From positions 7,874,001 to 7,938,000 of the forward strand of contig OZ024759.1 of NCBI GenBank assembly GCA_964016885.1: a stretch of 64,000 nt of DNA, written 5' to 3'. The DNA is from Eledone cirrhosa. Lineage: Eukaryota. Numbering within the stretch: position 1 is the stretch's first letter; each line of letters starts with the position of its first letter. The translations under genes were made by a program, and so were the position numbers. This document shows, in pieces, positions 1 through 64,000 of the stretch. A model generated the notes under the pieces. It saw only the letters and a program-made list of their open reading frames with translations. It searched no databases and had not been told where the DNA came from.

Positions 1-578
1 ATATATATATATATATCTTATATTAGCATCATGACCCTATATATATATATCTTATATTAGCAGTATGACCCTATATAATGTATATTTTGAGAGGGTCATT
101 TTGCCAATTGAACACATGCACCATAAAACTTTCACTTTATCTTTTTCCTTCCATCAAATTTCTTTCAGCACACCAATCTGTGACTTCCTCAATGACTCTC
201 AATTTTTTGTGGCGCTTCTTTTTCTGGTCATATTTCTATTTCATCCCGTTATTTCGTTTCGTGGTGCGTTTTTCATTTTTGTGAATGCGTTTGCATCAGT
301 GCTTTAATCTGTGTGTGTGTGTATGTATTTGTCATGTTTATGTGTGCTTTAAGCGTATGTGGGTTTTTATCGTTAGTTGTTTTGCTGTTTTTGTCTTTTT
401 CTTTTTCTCTCTCTTTCCTTATTCTGTTATCAGTCCTTTTGTTTTCTGTTCAGGCTCGGTTTATTTTCTATTATGTGGGTGGCCTCTGTATATTCATGTG
501 TTTACACAGACATATGTAACCCCTACACATACACATAATGACTTCTAAATGTTTTAACATTTCTCTCTCTTTCCCCAG

Positions 579-59917
<59,339 letters not shown>

Positions 59918-59940
59918 GTGAGTCTCTCTCTCTCTCTCTC

Positions 59941-60048
<108 letters not shown>

Positions 60049-60326
60049 CAGAAGATATATTCAATTCGTTGGTAATTCAACAAATATAAATGTTTATAAC
60101 TGATTCAGAGCACTCAACAGTTTTCTGGAGTATAATATACAATGATATTAAATAAATGGAAACTATATTTATAAAACCATATTTATTCTATTATATATAT
60201 TTCAAGGGTACCAAAAATTTTTGTACGCTTTCATCAGATAAAATACAAACTGTTTTATAAATTTTGACATAACCAAGGATAATATACCTTAACGGTTCAA
60301 GTTATCCCTGGATAGTATATATATAT

Positions 60327-61169
60327 ATATAAACGTTTGAATATGTGTAATAAAGCCAAAACAATGCAGGTATGGACATAGAAAAAAGAATGCAATTGTA
60401 AAAGATATTGTTGACAATTCGTCCTTTACCTTAGATTTATTTAAATGTCCTTAATTTTCGAGATAATATCTCTTCTTCAGAGGGAAATAAAGGTCTCAAA
60501 CCAGCGTTCTAAATATCTTGCCAAGCCATGCTGACAGGAAATAGTATAGAGTATCTGTTCTATCTCTAATGTCAAAGAGTTAAAATTAGGTGGATAAAGA
60601 GTAGTCTCCCTTTAAAAGGGGTTTGTTTAGGGTTTTTTTTTTATATACATGCCTGTTTAAGTGTGTGGGAGAATGCATGAAGGTGTAAGTATGTGTGTGT
60701 GTGAGTGTGAGAAGATAAGTCTTATCTTCTCACACTCACACACACACACTCACATACTTACAGCCTCATGCATTCTCCCACACACTTATACAGGCATGTA
60801 TATAAATTTAAAAAAATCAAAACCCCTAAACAAACCCCTTTTAAAGGGAGACTACTCTTTATCCACCTAATTTTAACTCTTTGACATTAGAGATAGAACA
60901 GATACTCTATACTATTTCCTGTCAGCATGGCTTGGCAAGATATTTAGAACGCTGGTTTGAGACCTTTATTTCCCTCTGAAGAAGAGATATTATCTCGAAA
61001 ATTAAGGACATTTAAATAAATCTAAGGTAAAGGACGAATTGTCAACAATATCTTTTACAATTGCATTCTTTTTTCTATGTCCATACCTGCATTGTTTTGG
61101 CTTTATTACACATATTCAAACGTTTATACCTCATTACACAATGCTTCAAGTGAACTATAACCTCCTCCA
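60327..61169. mobile_element. Fold-back element, ~400-bp arms, 1-nt spacer, minimal hammerhead in each arm
   Basis: Centre GAAGATAAG-T-CTTATCTTC at 60720; CCT-CTGAAGA-a[GAGATAtTATCTC]-GAAA-AT-TA-AGG at 60973-61007 (+) and 60449-60483 (-); 40-bp unpaired tail. Confidence 0.82.
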
Positions 61170-61897
61170 TATATATATATATATGTATATATATAGCATG
61201 TGTATATAGCATGTTATATATATATAACCCAGTCCCTATCATCTCATTTCTACAGCTGAGTAAACTGGAGCAATGTGATATAAAGTGTCTTGTTGTTTCC
61301 TTGAGCAAGACACTTTATTTCACATTGCTCCAGTTTACTCAGCTGTAGAAATGAGATGATAGGGACTGGGGTCCCTATCATTCCACTGCAAAGTGGTCGT
61401 GGAGGTGCCACGGCAAAAAAGCACCCAGCACTCACTGTAAATGAGGTTGGTGTTAGGAAGGGCATCCAGCTGTAGAAATCAAGCCAGCATCAGTTGCCGT
61501 CCCACCCTTGCAAGCAGGGAAAAGCGGACGTAAAATGATGATGATGATGATGATGATATATATATAAATTACAGAATAAAGTGGTCGTGTAGGTGTCACA
61601 ACAAAAAGTACCCAGTCCACACTGTAAAGTGGTCATGTAGGTGACATGACAAAAAGCACCTAGACCTCACTGTAAATGTGGTTAGCATTAAGAAGGGCAT
61701 CCAGCTGTAGAAACCAAGCCAAAATCGGCCCCAAGTGAGCAAAACATGGTCCTCTGACATGATTCTCCCCCAAACAGTCAGCACGTCCTACCCATGCTGG
61801 TGTGGAACATGGACATTAAACGATGATGATGATATATCTATATATATACATACACACATCTTTTTACCTTTTCATTACCTTCATCTCACTCTCACCG

Positions 61898-61967
<70 letters not shown>

Positions 61968-62413
61968 CTTCTTTTATTACCTTTGTCTCTCTCTCTAAAT
62001 TGTGTGTGTGTGGCTGTGTGTTCATATCTATATGTAACTGTGTATCTGTTTCTGTGTATATATTAGTGTGTGTATATAACACACTATTTTCCATACTTTA
62101 CACAATATATCTTAAAAACACACTCGTTTAAACATACATTCACACAAAATAGGAACATTAACACACACACACATCACTTTGCGTTCCCAATTGTTACCAA
62201 GACTACCGGCCTGTCTTGTTTACTCTCATTCTTTTGGGTTTTTTTACTTGGACTCCCTTTTATTTTCTGTATCTATACTTTGTTATCCTGTCTGTATGTG
62301 CTGAAGAAGGGCTAAAGTCTGTACTCCTGAAGAAGGGCTGAAGTCCAACACGTTGAACTTTCTTTCTCCATATATAGCGTAAAACTAAGACTTTTTGTAC
62401 CTATATTTCCTTG

Positions 62414-62486
<73 letters not shown>

Positions 62487-63032
62487 AAAGTTCTATTTAA
62501 ATTGTTGGGATACAACAAGCAAATATTTTTATAACTGATATAAAGCACTCAACAAATATTTGGAGTAAAAATACGATATTAATAAATGGAAACTATATTT
62601 ATAAAACCATATTTATTTCATTATACTTACCTAATAGTATAATTAAAGATATAACTCCACTATCCGGGAGCTTCCAATAGTAATGGTTTTATTCTTTAAG
62701 GGTATGTCAATATTTATTTATAAAACTGCTCTATATTATATTTTATCTGATGAAAGCACACCATAATTTAACTTGGTGTCCTTGAAATATGTATAATGAA
62801 ATAAATATGCTTTTATAAATATAGTTTCCATTTGTTAATATCGTATATATATACATATATATATATATGTATATATATATATACCTATATATATATATAT
62901 ATACATATATATTAAGAGAGAGGGGGAGAACATACCAAAAATGAGGAGAACCCGAGAAACACATGTATGTATCTAAGTAACTGGGAGAGAGAGAGAGAAG
63001 TCAAAAACAGCTACTGAACATAAGTCCAAAGC

Positions 63033-63835
63033 TTGTTCGATATGTAGAAAAGGAACTGGCATAAATTCTATAAAATGCACACAATACAGATCCTGGGTAC
63101 ACAAGAGATGTAGCGGGATAGCAGGCAAACTAACAGGTAGGGAGAAATACATATGCAGTAGATGTACAGGGAAATTAGACAGTAGAAGTCGCATTGATAA
63201 ACACATTTTTCAAATGCAGGAGGATAGCTTCTGGTACCTAGGTGATTAGATTAGCATGAGTTCCGAGGCCATAGTATCTAGAATAAGGACGGGTTGGAAG
63301 AAGTTTAGGGAGCTGCTCGCTCTGCTGACAAAGAAGGGTTTCTCCCTGCGTACGAAAGGCCGGTTATATGATGCCTGTGTGAGGAGCGCGATGCTGCATG
63401 GTAGTGAGACATGGACAGCAACTGCAGAGGATATGCGACGGCTGGAGAGAAATGAGGCAAGCATGCTCCGTTGGATGTGCAGTGTCAATGTGTGTGAACG
63501 ACCTAGCATAAATGTGTTGAGAGAGAAACTGTGCCTGAGAGGGATAGAATGTAGTGTGCGAGAGAGGAGACTGAGGTGGTATGGACATGTGATGCGCATG
63601 GAGGATGACCGATGGGTGAAGAAATGCCAGGAAATGCCAGTAGAAGGAAGACGCAGTAGAGGTAGACCACGAAAAACATGGGCGGAGGTGGTGAGAACAG
63701 ACCTCAGATCGCTGAAGCTCACGATGGAGATGACGAAGGACCGTGACAAGTGGAGAGATGCTGTGCTGAATAAGACCCGTCCCACCCTTGCAAGCAGGGA
63801 AAAGTGGACGTAAAATGATGATAATGATGATGATG
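63033..63835 (+). mobile_element. RTE-clade LINE 3' fragment, same family as 7470-9285
   Basis: RTGWKKFRELL...LHGSETW...RRLRWYGHV...GRPRKTW...TRPTLASREKWT*; (ATG)n tail. Confidence 0.92.
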
Positions 63836-64000
63836 AAATCAACAAAAAAAGTATCTCTCTTTTATAGTAAAATTTGGCTAATTTAGATATTTTATCTATG
63901 GCAAAGCATCTATAACGGCGGCGAAGATTCGAAACTGAATCTGAGCTTTCCCGCCTCTGGGACAAGCCATGGTTCGTTGTTTACGCACGGCAGACCAACC

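Noticed and set aside
62324-62357. Hammerhead CTGAAGAAGGGCTGAAGTCC-AACA-CGTTG
   Set aside because: GAAA core is mutated; probably a dead PLE-type ribozyme, so not listed as a feature.

Overview
Eukaryotic, AT- and microsatellite-rich DNA; the SINE/LINE repertoire suggests a mollusc, most likely an octopus-like coleoid (inference). The window lies wholly inside one + strand gene, a glutamate synthase (GOGAT, GLT1/GltB family). Eighteen GT-AG exons (579-59917) splice in phase into 2829 nt / 943 uninterrupted codons, covering the end of the amidotransferase domain, the central domain, the FMN barrel with the 3Fe-4S motif and the start of the GXGXG domain; both gene ends lie outside the window. 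The introns (~95% of the window) contain RTE, CR1-like and CRE-like LINE fragments, two tRNA-type SINE families, a decayed Helitron, TTAA MITEs and many satellites grown from pieces of these elements. The most striking unannotated signal is a set of more than 10 short elements from several sequence-unrelated families inserted in (TA)n tracts. They typically show a fold-back structure with one longer arm, a type I hammerhead ribozyme with a palindromic helix III, and a TGAGTRC motif about 40-65 nt from the terminus. One large copy keeps a Penelope-like GIY-YIG endonuclease, pointing to a Penelope-driven family of non-autonomous ribozyme elements. All ribozyme calls were folded by eye and are untested.
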